Shown here piece after piece: positions 48,701-59,132 of a stretch of 64,000 bases of DNA. The notes under the pieces are model-generated. The model ran no database searches and was not told the DNA's origin. It saw only the letters and a list, made by a program, of their open reading frames with translations. Every line of letters begins with the position of its first letter. Within the stretch, counting starts at the first letter, position 1. Made by a program: the position numbers and the translations under genes. This DNA is from Octopus bimaculoides. Lineage: Eukaryota. The stretch is taken from NCBI RefSeq assembly GCF_001194135.2, contig NC_068985.1, positions 26,082,919-26,146,918 on the forward strand, in the 5' to 3' direction.

Positions 48701-51700
48701 ACCAACCGGATAATGATCTGGTTCAGCCGATCCACACCGCCCTTGTACCTGTTATAATTAAGGTTCACAAACAGGATGCCATTTTCATCTACACATGGTT
48801 GTGCAATGTTAGATAGAAAATTTATCTGCCTCTTATCTCTGCAGTCGCTAGCAGATTTCCTTTCTACTGTTGGATTATTTCACTTTTTTTTTTTTTAATC
48901 CAACAGCACCCCTTTTCTACTAGCAATTACTGCAGCACAAGTATACGTTGCCACAGCTTCTAAATCCGCTGCAAGTTTGACCAAACTAAAAAATCAGTCA
49001 AAAAATAATATATGGCCCTGGTTATGGTATGGAAGTGAACTCCAGACCACATCATACCCTAGGCCATGCTGACTAACATTGTCTCTTTTCCTCATCTGAA
49101 AGCTAAATCCACAGCAGCACCCACAAATTTTCCAAACTCTGATCCCCCATTTCGTGGGCTTTCCTGGCATATACTTCCTTTATACTCCACCATGCCCTCA
49201 TCAACAGATAAGTATCTCTCAGGGTTGTAAAATGTTTTATATGCATTTTGAACACAGTCAATGAGGGGTCTTATTCTAAATAAAGGATCAAAGTTTGGTT
49301 CTCCACGTACTGGGGTACTGCTAGTGTCTCTCACATGTAAATACTGGTTCAGTTTCACAAATCGTATTCGGATTATAATACTGGAAACATACTGATCACC
49401 AAAAGGTTTCTGATTGCTCCAGTAATTTGTAATTCTGGGTAACTGTCTAATACCCATAATAATATTTCTTTCATTTCATCATCCTTGGTATATCCTGGCA
49501 CCATAATATGCCCTATAGCTTGTGGGCCCTTCAAATTCAGATTCCCCCACTACCCTATAATCGCAAAACTGGCCAAGGCCTATAAAGAAAATTGAACACC
49601 AACCACATTGTTTTCACCTGTCCAAGATCTGTGAATTCATGCCATGACCACCTCCAACTAAACGAAAATACCTTAATTGTATTGTACTTTGTTTCTGTCA
49701 TTAGTTGCTGTGTTCTTAAATATTTACATTTGTCAGTAATATGTGCAAGATTTATGGGTCCCACCTACCCAGTGCACTTTTGCTTTATTTGACTTATGTA
49801 AAAGTGAAATAAGTATGAAAGCAGTTTGGCTTCACTGAATTATTGGTAAACAAATATACTTGAATTTCATTTAAGTGTGAAAGGGTTAGATAAGTTAATG
49901 TCAGATATTCTCCCCCACCTCTTCAATAAAATATTTTTCATAATTGTTTTCATAGGATATTGCATGTTTTTCTTTATTTTTTTTTAATAGGATATGGGAA
50001 CAATTGTTATTGGAAAGGTTGAATCTGGCAGTTTATCAAAAAATCAAACTCTATGCCTCATGCCTAATAAAGTAAGTATCAATTATCTTTTCAGTTTTTC
50101 TTTTAAACCTGGTACTTACTCTCTTTCGTCCAGCTGTGCTTGGTTACAGGGAGCTAAACATACCAGCACCAGTTGTCAAGCAGTGGTAGGAGGACAGACA
50201 CGGGTTTCTTTCAGCTTAAGGCTATAGTAGAAGACACTTGCCCCAGGTGCCATGCAGTGGGACTGAACCCCATTCTATGTGGTTAAGAGGCAAACTTATT
50301 ACACAGCCATGCCTTGTCTTAACATCTTTCCCATGCTTGCATGGGTCAGACTATTACCATCATCATCGTTTAAGGTCCATTTTCCATGCTGGCATGGGTT
50401 GGATGGTTCGACTGGGGGTCTGGGAAGCCAGGAGGCTGCACCATATGTGTGTGTAGGCAGCTCCACTGCAGTATTTTGAGCTAGTGTCTACTATATTCTC
50501 AGGTTGGCCAAAGGCTGTAAGTGGATTTCACTAGCAAAAGCTGAAAGTTTGTGTGTATGTATGTATATATATATATATAAAACCCATCAAGCCATGTGAA
50601 ATTGCAGTCATGGCTGATGCCAGTGTCATGTAGCTGGCACATAAAATGCACCCTTTGAATGTTGGGCAATATGTTGTGCTTGAGGACAGCTGTCAAGCCA
50701 GTGTTGCGTAAATGACACCTGTGCCAGTAGCACATAAAAGGCACCCTTTGGACTTTAGGCCTCACAGTGGCAGTGACAAATGACTAAAATCTTTGGGAGT
50801 ATACCATGCTTCAGAAGACCTGTCAAGCCAAGTGAGAATGTAATCGTGAGCAATGCCTGTAAAAAGCACCCAATTCATTCTTGGAGTGGTTGGCATTGGG
50901 AAGGGCATCCAGCTGTAGAAACCATGCCAGCATGGAAAACAGGTGTTAAATGATGATGTGTGTATGTATATTTGTATTGGGTTTCTTTGTCTTGGCATCA
51001 AGTGATAGTTGTAAATGAGCAACATCTCATACAAGCAATACCATTCATTTCCAATCATCTCTGAGAGCATGTCTGGCCACAAGAAATACTGTCACAAAGA
51101 TTTCCCTTGGTAAGTTATGCCTGACCCATGCAAGCATTGAAAAGTGATCATTAAAACAATGATATATATGGAAGCCATGGGTTATCAGTGTGCATTCATT
51201 TCTTGTATTCTTCACCTCAATGTTTTGAACTGGTACATTAGTCTTGGTTGACTCCTCATAATTTTCTATCTAAATGGTTTAACTAATTATTTAGATGTTT
51301 CAGTCTTAGAGAAATTTGATCTATGACATTGTACTTTTTATGAGAACCTTTGCTGTCCAGAATATTGTTACTGCTTATGTGCCATTTAAAGTACTTATCA
51401 AAAGTTTTTCTCTCAAGGTTGCACAGATGATTTTAGTGGAATAAGTTTTTTAAAAACATATAATTAATGCTTTTTATGTGAAAGATAAATATTAATCATG
51501 TAGCATCCAATTGATACCTATCATTTTGCTGAGGTTATTTTCAGCAGAAATTACAGCTGTTTTTCATGTTAAAAATTAGATACACCAAATATGTTAGTGA
51601 TACATCTATCCGATGAAATGTGATACATTTGGGATTTAAATTTCTGATATTTTATCATTTCAGGTTCCTGTTAAGATTATGCAGTTATGGTCTGACGATA

Positions 51701-54700
51701 TTGAAACGGATGCCACTAGTGCTGGAGAAAATGTAAAAATAAAGCTTCAAGGGGTTGAAGAAGAGGTAGCATACTTTTATTCCTTGTGTATTCATTTCGG
51801 AAATATCTGGTCTTCAGCATTTTCCACATGTCATTACAAAACATTGCAACTTGCCTTGATGATGTCAGATTTGTTTCCTTATAAAACATATGACTTATCT
51901 TGTTACATTAGAATTTCTTGGACTGTATTATGTAAATTAAACTTTTGGTGTGAATTTCAAAGAATAACACACTAAACTGTTCAGATTAATTCCTTCATAC
52001 TATTTTCTTGTTTATACAGAAGTATTCCATAATTTTATATTCTATATTTTCTTTTTATTTAGGATGTCTCTCCAGGTTTTGTGATATGTTCTCCAGATAA
52101 TGTATGCCATACAGGGAAAACATTTGATGCTCAGGTTAATGTTTTAATTTTGTCAATTTCTAATTTATATAAATTTTTACACTTTTGAATTTATTATATA
52201 ATTATTATTTTTGCTAGTATTTTATTTTACATGTTGAAAAGAATGATAAACTTGAGTTAGATATAGAATGTCTTCTTTGTCTTAATTTAACAGATTGTCA
52301 TCTTAGAACACAAATCTATTATTTGTGCTGGTTACAGTGCTATTCTTCATATCCATGCCTGTGCAGAAGAAATAACAATCAAAGTAAGTTTGGTTTTTCT
52401 CTCTCCTGTTTTAAACTTTCTAGAAATAATTTTGTGCCGTTCATTGAAGTTCTCTCTCTTTATATAGATATGAACTGGTGTCGCCCATGTACCTCATGTC
52501 CAACATAAAGGATCATTCACATATTTTAAGTTCTCCATTCATTTCAGTCTTAATTTGATTTTCCTTGTCCTTTATTATTAAACATATCCTAGATGTTTCT
52601 TGCAATTTCGGTATTTCTACATCCTTGTTCTCAAAATAAAAAATCTTTTATATTTGCAATCTGTTTACCTATTTTTTCCATATTTGTATGGTTTGGATAG
52701 GTCCTCTCTAACACAGTGCCTTGCCAATTGTTGCATTCCTTTGTCATCTTTGTGAGGACCAATTTTCACCTATCTTTGGTCTTTCTCTTCAGTTTTACCA
52801 CTTAGATTTCCTGGCACTTCTTTACCTAGCTGTTTCCATGCATACCCATTTTGTCCTTTCTAGTGGTGTTCTCTTGTGCACTTATCTGATTCCTCTTCTA
52901 CAGTTTTTTCCTCATCTCACATTGATGATGTACACTTAACATTTCACATCCAATAGATCCTGCTGGTTTCATTTCTCTCCAGTCTTCATACACAAGCATA
53001 CATAACCCTTCATGTCTAAAGAGTCCTCTTGTAGCAAACAGTAAATAACTCCTAAACTTTTCCCCCTTTCTTATTGTGGCTGCTATGCTTTCAAAGTAAC
53101 TTCTTTCCCTACTGATAAGTTCATCTAGATCAATCGTTCTCAAACAGACATACACCAAACCTTTCTTAAAAACTGGTAATGGGTTTTTGAGAGAAATTTT
53201 TTGTTCATAATTCTTTCTCAGCAAATGGTGTTTAAAATCTTAATTTTATTAAGCAGAGCAATTTGAGACTCTGTATCAATTCTCACAGTCTTTATTCACT
53301 GTCAGCTTAACTGTGGCTCCAATATATCTCTTATGCAAACATAATTCACTCTGTGTACTCCATACATAGTTTCTGCCTACTCTTCCTCTGTATATTAAGC
53401 ACAGTAATTTCCTTGATGGTGCTACATAATTTTGTTGTTTGCTGCCCTTTTTATTTCATTCTTAGAAACACATTGATAGCTACCAAGCACTCCAAAATAA
53501 CCATCATGGTTCTTTACAATGTGTCAACTTAAAGGTGTCTTGTGTTATTGGGGTAGTTTGCAGTAGGATGTCTGGTGCTTGATACGAGATCTCATCCATA
53601 AGATATTTCCACCTATTCACACAACTGTCTTGTGTAGCTGTTTAGATGCTGACTGGACCTTGAACCTGTTTTGTTAGTAGTACTTTTGGACACTAAAAGT
53701 AAACCTGCATGAAGAAATATACACATACAGGTAGAGAGGGAGATGCATTACATCTTTTCAGTTAAAACTGATCAACATAAACCACTACAGCACATGGCGT
53801 AGTGGTTAAGAGCACGGGCTACTAACCCCAAGATTCCGAGTTCGATTCCAGGCAGTGACCTGAATAATAATAATGATATTGAAAAATACCTTAGAAATGA
53901 GAACCCAGGTTCAAAATTTCCCCAAGGCTGGAGGGTATATCAGCTGAAACGTGTTAACAACAAACAAGATGAGGACAAATATCTGTCAAATGTAGATAAT
54001 GTACATAATTCCTCATCTCTTAAATATAGAACTGTATAAACACTTTCACTCACCATCATATCCCATAGGGTAAAGCAGAAAGTCAAACAAAGTTTTAGTA
54101 GTTGTGATGTGTTGCCAAATAAAAACAAAACTATGGTACCAAATGGCCCCATGAATAAAGCTTGCAGTTCACATCTTCACCATGTAGACTTTCAACCTTA
54201 GTCTATGATGCTGAACTTACAGTGAACTATAAATAGCATCAGGCAGTAGATTGAAAATGATTTTAAAAAAACAGATTTGGACTGATGGAGAGAATGAGAA
54301 TATGTGAGTGTGGAACAAGATGGAATAAAAGAGTCTGAAGGCAGAAAAAGAGATAAAGAGGGATAGAAGATGTATATGAAAGGAGAAGGGAAAATAGTGT
54401 CATGTGGTAAGAGATATGAAGATGCTTGAAGGAAATACTGTGGGAAAGAGTTGAAGAGGAGAAATAGTATGATACACAAATATAGTGAGGAAAGAGGTAA
54501 GCATTTATGCAAGAACTTGTCCAACATGCTTCAATCCTGTCACAATTTCTTTTACAAATGAAAGAAATATCAAATACACAAAAATATATGAGTAAAACAA
54601 TCTTGTTTTGTTTTTTTTTTGACAATTGAGAAATAATTTGAATTGGTTCTGAATCATACCTTCTGATGCTTCAGAATGAGTCTCCTGCTGGATTTTAGAA

Positions 54701-57700
54701 TTTTTATTCTTTACTTTTGTTGAGCTAGGGCCCTAGGCAATAACTTATTTCATATCTTTTGCTTGCAATATTTTGTGCTTTTGAACCTGTTAGCTTGTTA
54801 ATTTGCTTCTAGTGTGCTTTTTATACAAGACTGGAATGTCATTTTTATATCCTCCAAATATGGATTTTTCTTTTACTACAAGGTGTTTTAATACTATTGT
54901 TTCTTACAATGATGCTTAAACAAATTTTTTTTTTTAACTTTAAAAACTCTTGTTCTTAAACTAATGGTTTGATTTTTGGAGTGACTGTCTAGACTTTTTG
55001 TTCAAATATACTCTCATAAATTTTTTTAATTGTAAGCTTAAAGGGTAGATGTACAATGGATTTATCTAGTGTGTTTGATCACAAACAGCAACAGACTAAA
55101 ATTTATACCACTATGCCAATTTACATTAATCAAACTAACCCCATTAGCAATTTTTATTTGTATTATATATCCAGACATTTTCTTTATAGCATTTATTATG
55201 TTTGGTTGACAAGAAGACTGGTGAAAAAACTCAACTTAAACCCAGATTTATAAAACAAGACCAAGTTGGCCTTGCTCGAATACAAGTAAATGGTGGGATG
55301 ATTTGCTTAGAATCCTTCAAGGATTTTCCACAAATGGGACGGTTCACTCTTAGAGATGAAGGTAAAGTTATTTGAGGCTTTTATTTTTTATATATTTTAT
55401 TGTCTCTTATCTTTCTGTATTTATAAACTACCTTATATTATTGAATTGTGATGGATAATGTTCCTCACTTGGCATATAAGTTGTGAATTTTACTTGTTGG
55501 ATATTAAATAAAATATTCCTTTCCTTTTTATTAAATTTGTTTGTCCCTATTATAGTACTTTAATGGGCCAGGGAAGAGATTCTGAAATGCTCATGTTTAA
55601 AGGGGGGGGGGACCGTGTTGTCAGTGTGGATGATATTGCCAAGTTTAGCCTCATTCTGTATCCAAACACGATGCTAAAATGTATAGGCTGAAAAGTGTGG
55701 AAGAATGAAGTGTTCAATCTGTATTCAGTGGACATTGAGTTTTTCTTCTCAAAAAAGATTTATGGTGTAAGTCATAAGAACAATGTTTAGATATGAAAGA
55801 TGTAGAAGATAAAGAATTTTTATTAATGTTGTCTTACTCTCAGATGAGATTTTGGATATCAATGTCACATTGCTTGATTTTCTGTTTTGAAACCTCTGGG
55901 AATAGTATCTGCATTTTTCATATGATACTACTTTTGTTAGTCAAAGGAGGAAAGAAAACTCCATACCCTTTCTAGGATCCTCAAAGGTGGTGGCTTAGAA
56001 GCCACTGTAACAGAATGGACTATTACATTGTCTGTAATGGTGTGACACCCAAAAACTAGAACATTCTGGTCAAAGAGCTCCCTGTTTCCATCTTACTTCT
56101 GAGGCTATTGCAGAAGATACTTGCACAAGGTACTGCACAGTGGGATCAAAGCCCAAAGCAGAATTCCACAACTCGTGTATTTCGTTTTTGGATTTGGTTT
56201 GCAAGATTCTTTGTGAGTTTGTGTGTTGAAGCACATTCTATTGTGTCTGGGGAGAGTCATTTTCTTTTTGTGCCTGATAATTTAACACACTCACCAGTAA
56301 AATTTCCACTTATTTCTTATTTTCCTAAAATTTTTGTTGCATCTTACAACCTTTTCAATAGTCTTGACTCTCAGTCTGTATTGCTTGCTCAGTATTCTGC
56401 GTTTTATCTTTTTGCTGTGAAGAGGGTTTTGAAGTCTACAGTAATAAATGGCTTCAGACCAGATAGAATGGATTAATTCCAAATAGAATAGTGAACTGAA
56501 GCAGGAGCAACTGGCTAAGCACTATATAAAGATATATACAGTTATGTAGGCTAGTTGATAACTTCAGCATTTTTTCTTGTTAAATAGCAAGTTATGTAAT
56601 GCCTATGTTACAGAATATGTCGAGAAATGCCTGTATCACTTGAATTAACTGGATTTTGAATACTTTTCGCTCACAAAGAATAAAATTCAAATTCTATAGA
56701 AGTATTGTAACAAAGGTTGAATATTGAATTTGCTGAGAGTTCATGTAAAAGACTCAGAAGTAGATACCTCCCAATGCTTGTATGACCTCAACACCCTTTT
56801 TCCAAGTTGTCAAACCAGTTTAGTCTTGTGGAAAGTTTGCAAAATCAAGGTTGTACATATAATAATGGGGATAGTGTGTGCCAAAAATTCTTAGTTATTT
56901 CCCCTTTATTGATTTTTTTTTTTTTTTAACATGTTGATTAAAAAAAAAAAATAAGCACACTACTATCATTGTAATATGGCTGCTGTTGCTGAAAAATAAA
57001 AGTAAATAACTTCAAATTGCAACAACTGGAAATGTATCTGTATAGATTAGAATATTGTCCTTAGAAATAATTGTTCATTGTTTGAACCAAACTTATTGAT
57101 AATTAGAAATTAAATCTACCAAAATGTAGTGCTCTTTTATTAGTGATTGCATTCGATTTTGTATGATGAATGTTAAAATTGACCTTGGCAGGATTTGAGT
57201 TCAGAATGTTAAGTGTAATCAAATACAGTTATTTTGTATAGCTTATGAGTTACATTATCTGCCTGTCAGATATAGGTATAGATATAAAAAATTGTACATA
57301 CATTCGAATGATGGGTTTGATATTCCTGAAAAATGCCTAGTTGGCTTTGCTTTGTTGATAATATATGATCACTACTCTCACATATTAGTAATTTATTTCG
57401 TGTATGAGATTTGTCCGAAAAGAAACTAAACTTTTTTTTTTTTTAAAGAATTTAATTACTTGAATTAACATGGTTTGGACTGCTACAAAAATGGCTTCAT
57501 CTACAATTAGTACACCTCCCCAAGTTTAGGAATGTGTTTTCCAGCATAGCGCACAGTTCTCATAGCAAATTTTCTGTTATCACAGTTGAAATAGGAACAT
57601 CACCTTTACTACTCAACATTTGTTGTAAAGATATTATCACTGGGGCTAGTAGCCTTTTCAAAGGTGTCTGGTGATAACTACTCCATATTGCATTACAGAA

Positions 57701-59132
57701 TTTCCATTTGATTGTACATACCTTACTAGTAATAAATTGAGGGACAGGTCTATAACAATGCTACCATGTTTACTTCAGGAACATAGTGATTTTTCTTCCA
57801 CATAGAAGAGTAAACTGTTCACATAGCCTTTGTGTGAATTGCCACAAACCTGCATTTTGACAATTTAAGTAGCCCTTATAACTAATCAAACTTTACCCAT
57901 TATGTTGATCTATGAGAAATAGTGCATGAGCAACTAATGTCAAGCCATGGATTCTTCTTAGGAGGATACAGTGATGCATTAGTAGGCTAGCAATGAAGTC
58001 CTAAATTTTCTGTCCAAAACATTTCCTAGAAACTGACTTTTTATAAGCTAAAAGTTCAGTCATGGTAAGTTAGTGGCAGATATATTTCTTTTCAATCTAA
58101 CATACGTGAAGGACTTTCATCTCTCTGTTCATATCAGATGTATCCAATATCTCACAGAAGCTGCGATAAATGCAAACTTTATTTGTATCACTTTTTGTGT
58201 TGGTGCTGAAAGCTCTTATGGTTGATTACAGCATGCCATTAATCGTTCTTTGTCTTCAGGGTTTTTTTTTATATTTTCCTTTGTATACTCAAAATCCTGA
58301 AGATAACCTTCAAATATATCTTTAGGGTTAGTTATGTGCAAGGGAAGTCTCATATTGGTATTATATATGCCAGAAGCTAGTAACAATTGTATGTTTTACA
58401 GTTAGTATAAGTTTCCGTTATGAATAGAAATACAAAACTGATAAACTTGTATTGTGGAGGTTACATTTTCATGATGGCTGTCAGCGAGTATATGTTGGAT
58501 AAAATTGTAAATTGGTGTGCCAACTATTTAGGGTATTGAATGTATATATACCTAGCGGGAATAAGTTCTACTCATCATGTTTGAACAACATTCAGCTGTA
58601 AAAAGTAACTGCTCAAACAAGATCATACAGAAGACTTAGTTGTGCTCAGTCATAAATACGTTAACTAATTGGTGCCAACTTGGAATAGTAGAATATCAAA
58701 TGAGGTTTGTCAGATACACAAAGAAAAAGTGTCCATGTTTTTTCTTCTTCACCACATTAAGTGATGCATTTACTTTCCATTTGAATTATCCTTTTAATCC
58801 TATGAATACTGATGGGGGGAAATTCTTTCAAATCTACTTTTCTTGCTATAAAATTGATCATTTTTGCATTTATAAGGTGTGCTTAATTTTGTGTATTTGA
58901 AGTATATGAAATGTGTACCAGCGTTTAAATACTGAAATCTTTGTAACAAGTTAATACTGACTGATGTACACATCATGGTTTTCTTAAAATATTTGCTACA
59001 GTATATCACTTCATTTATATGGTTTGTTAATCTTGTTCTCATAAACTGTTAAACATTTTGTAATAATTGCTTTTCTTTCTAACAGGTAAAACTATTGCCA
59101 TTGGAAAAGTTTTGAAAGTTATAAGAGACTAA
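34779..59132 (+). CDS. GSPT1: Eukaryotic peptide chain release factor GTP-binding subunit eRF3, 14 coding exons, 552 aa
   Basis: join(34779-34983,39398-39424,41220-41393,43171-43204,43682-43759,45843-46023,46113-46267,47177-47417,49991-50071,51664-51765,52063-52134,52294-52383,55190-55361,59086-59132) = 1659 nt, all GT-AG. G1 GHVDAGKST, G3 DAPGH, G4 [32 protein letters not shown]; N-terminal PAM2 motifs. Confidence 0.96.
38376..38545 (+). mobile_element. SINE with (GT)n tail (third family)
   Basis: GTGGTAAGAAG..GGTTCAATCCCA..CACC/TACCTTGAGCAA..GAGTGGAT..GTAGACGAAAACTGAA..(TG)n. Inverted copies at about 1850-2050, 31375-31565, 50205-50310 and 62540-62720. Confidence 0.65.
39398..39424 (+). 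CDS. GSPT1: eRF3 exon 2 (27-nt microexon)
   Basis: TTCATAG| (D)DEMDDSNV |GTAAGT; phase 1-1. Confidence 0.75.
41220..41393 (+). CDS. GSPT1: eRF3 exon 3
   Basis: [16 protein letters not shown]...[13 protein letters not shown]; donor TAG|GTAAGT. Confidence 0.93.
42080..42292 (+). mobile_element. RTE 3'-end copy
   Basis: GTGGTTGGCATTAGGAAGGGCATCCAGCTGTAGAAAC..CCAGCATGAAAAG..TTAACTGATG. Confidence 0.65.
43171..43204 (+). CDS. GSPT1: eRF3 exon 4 (P-loop)
   Basis: [12 protein letters not shown]; TTTTAG / GTAAGA. Confidence 0.95.
43682..43759 (+). CDS. GSPT1: eRF3 exon 5
   Basis: [26 protein letters not shown]. Confidence 0.95.
43800..44035 (-). mobile_element. tRNA-derived SINE (same family as 971-1206)
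   Basis: Reverse complement contains GTGTTCTTGAGCAAGACACTTATTTCATGTTGCTCCAGTTCACTC. Confidence 0.65.
44440..44645 (+). mobile_element. RTE 3'-end copy
   Basis: TTGGCATTAGGAAGGGCAT..CAAACCGTCCAAACCATGCCAG..CGGACATTAAATGATG. Confidence 0.65.
44736..44912. mobile_element. piggyBac-type MITE, copy 3 (internally deleted)
   Basis: TTAA|CCCTTTAGCATT ... AATGCTAAAGGG|TTAA. Confidence 0.85.
45843..46023 (+). CDS. GSPT1: eRF3 exon 6
   Basis: [60 protein letters not shown]. Confidence 0.97.
46113..46267 (+). CDS. GSPT1: eRF3 exon 7
   Basis: [52 protein letters not shown]. Confidence 0.97.
47177..47417 (+). CDS. GSPT1: eRF3 exon 8
   Basis: [33 protein letters not shown]...[11 protein letters not shown]. 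Confidence 0.96.
47849..49885 (-). mobile_element. piggyBac DNA transposon relic in eRF3 intron 8
   Basis: TTAA|CCCTTTCA ... TGAAAGGG|TTAG termini. Disrupted transposase about 48310-49520: [62 protein letters not shown] and a C-terminal Cys-rich motif, with stops and frameshifts. Confidence 0.85.
49991..50071 (+). CDS. GSPT1: eRF3 exon 9
   Basis: [27 protein letters not shown] |GTAAGT. Confidence 0.95.
50360..50957. mobile_element. Two oppositely oriented RTE 3'-end copies flanking a SINE fragment
   Basis: Minus-strand copy about 50360-50445; plus-strand copy about 50580-50957 ending TTAAATGATGATG. Confidence 0.65.
51664..51765 (+). CDS. GSPT1: eRF3 exon 10
   Basis: [34 protein letters not shown]. 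Confidence 0.95.
52063..52134 (+). CDS. GSPT1: eRF3 exon 11
   Basis: [24 protein letters not shown]. Confidence 0.95.
52294..52383 (+). CDS. GSPT1: eRF3 exon 12
   Basis: [30 protein letters not shown]. Confidence 0.95.
53790..54030 (+). mobile_element. tRNA-headed SINE-like element
   Basis: A-box TGGCGTAGTGG, B-box GAGTTCGATTCC, no acceptor stem, followed by (AAT)n and a non-tRNA body. Confidence 0.6.
55190..55361 (+). CDS. GSPT1: eRF3 exon 13
   Basis: [57 protein letters not shown]. Confidence 0.95.
59086..59132 (+). CDS. GSPT1: eRF3 exon 14 (stop)
   Basis: TCTAACAG| (G)[17 protein letters not shown]. Confidence 0.95.

Noticed and set aside
51850-51990. Intronic C/D box snoRNA in eRF3 intron 10
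   Set aside because: A TGATGA is present but no terminal CTGA D box or closing stem was found.
52480-53700. Possible LINE ORF (108-aa ORF 52898-53224)
   Set aside because: It looks like degenerate retroelement sequence, but no diagnostic motif could be read with confidence.
53790-53862. Possible tRNA gene
   Set aside because: A and B boxes are present but the acceptor and T stems do not pair, and the sequence continues into a repeat body. It is a SINE head.
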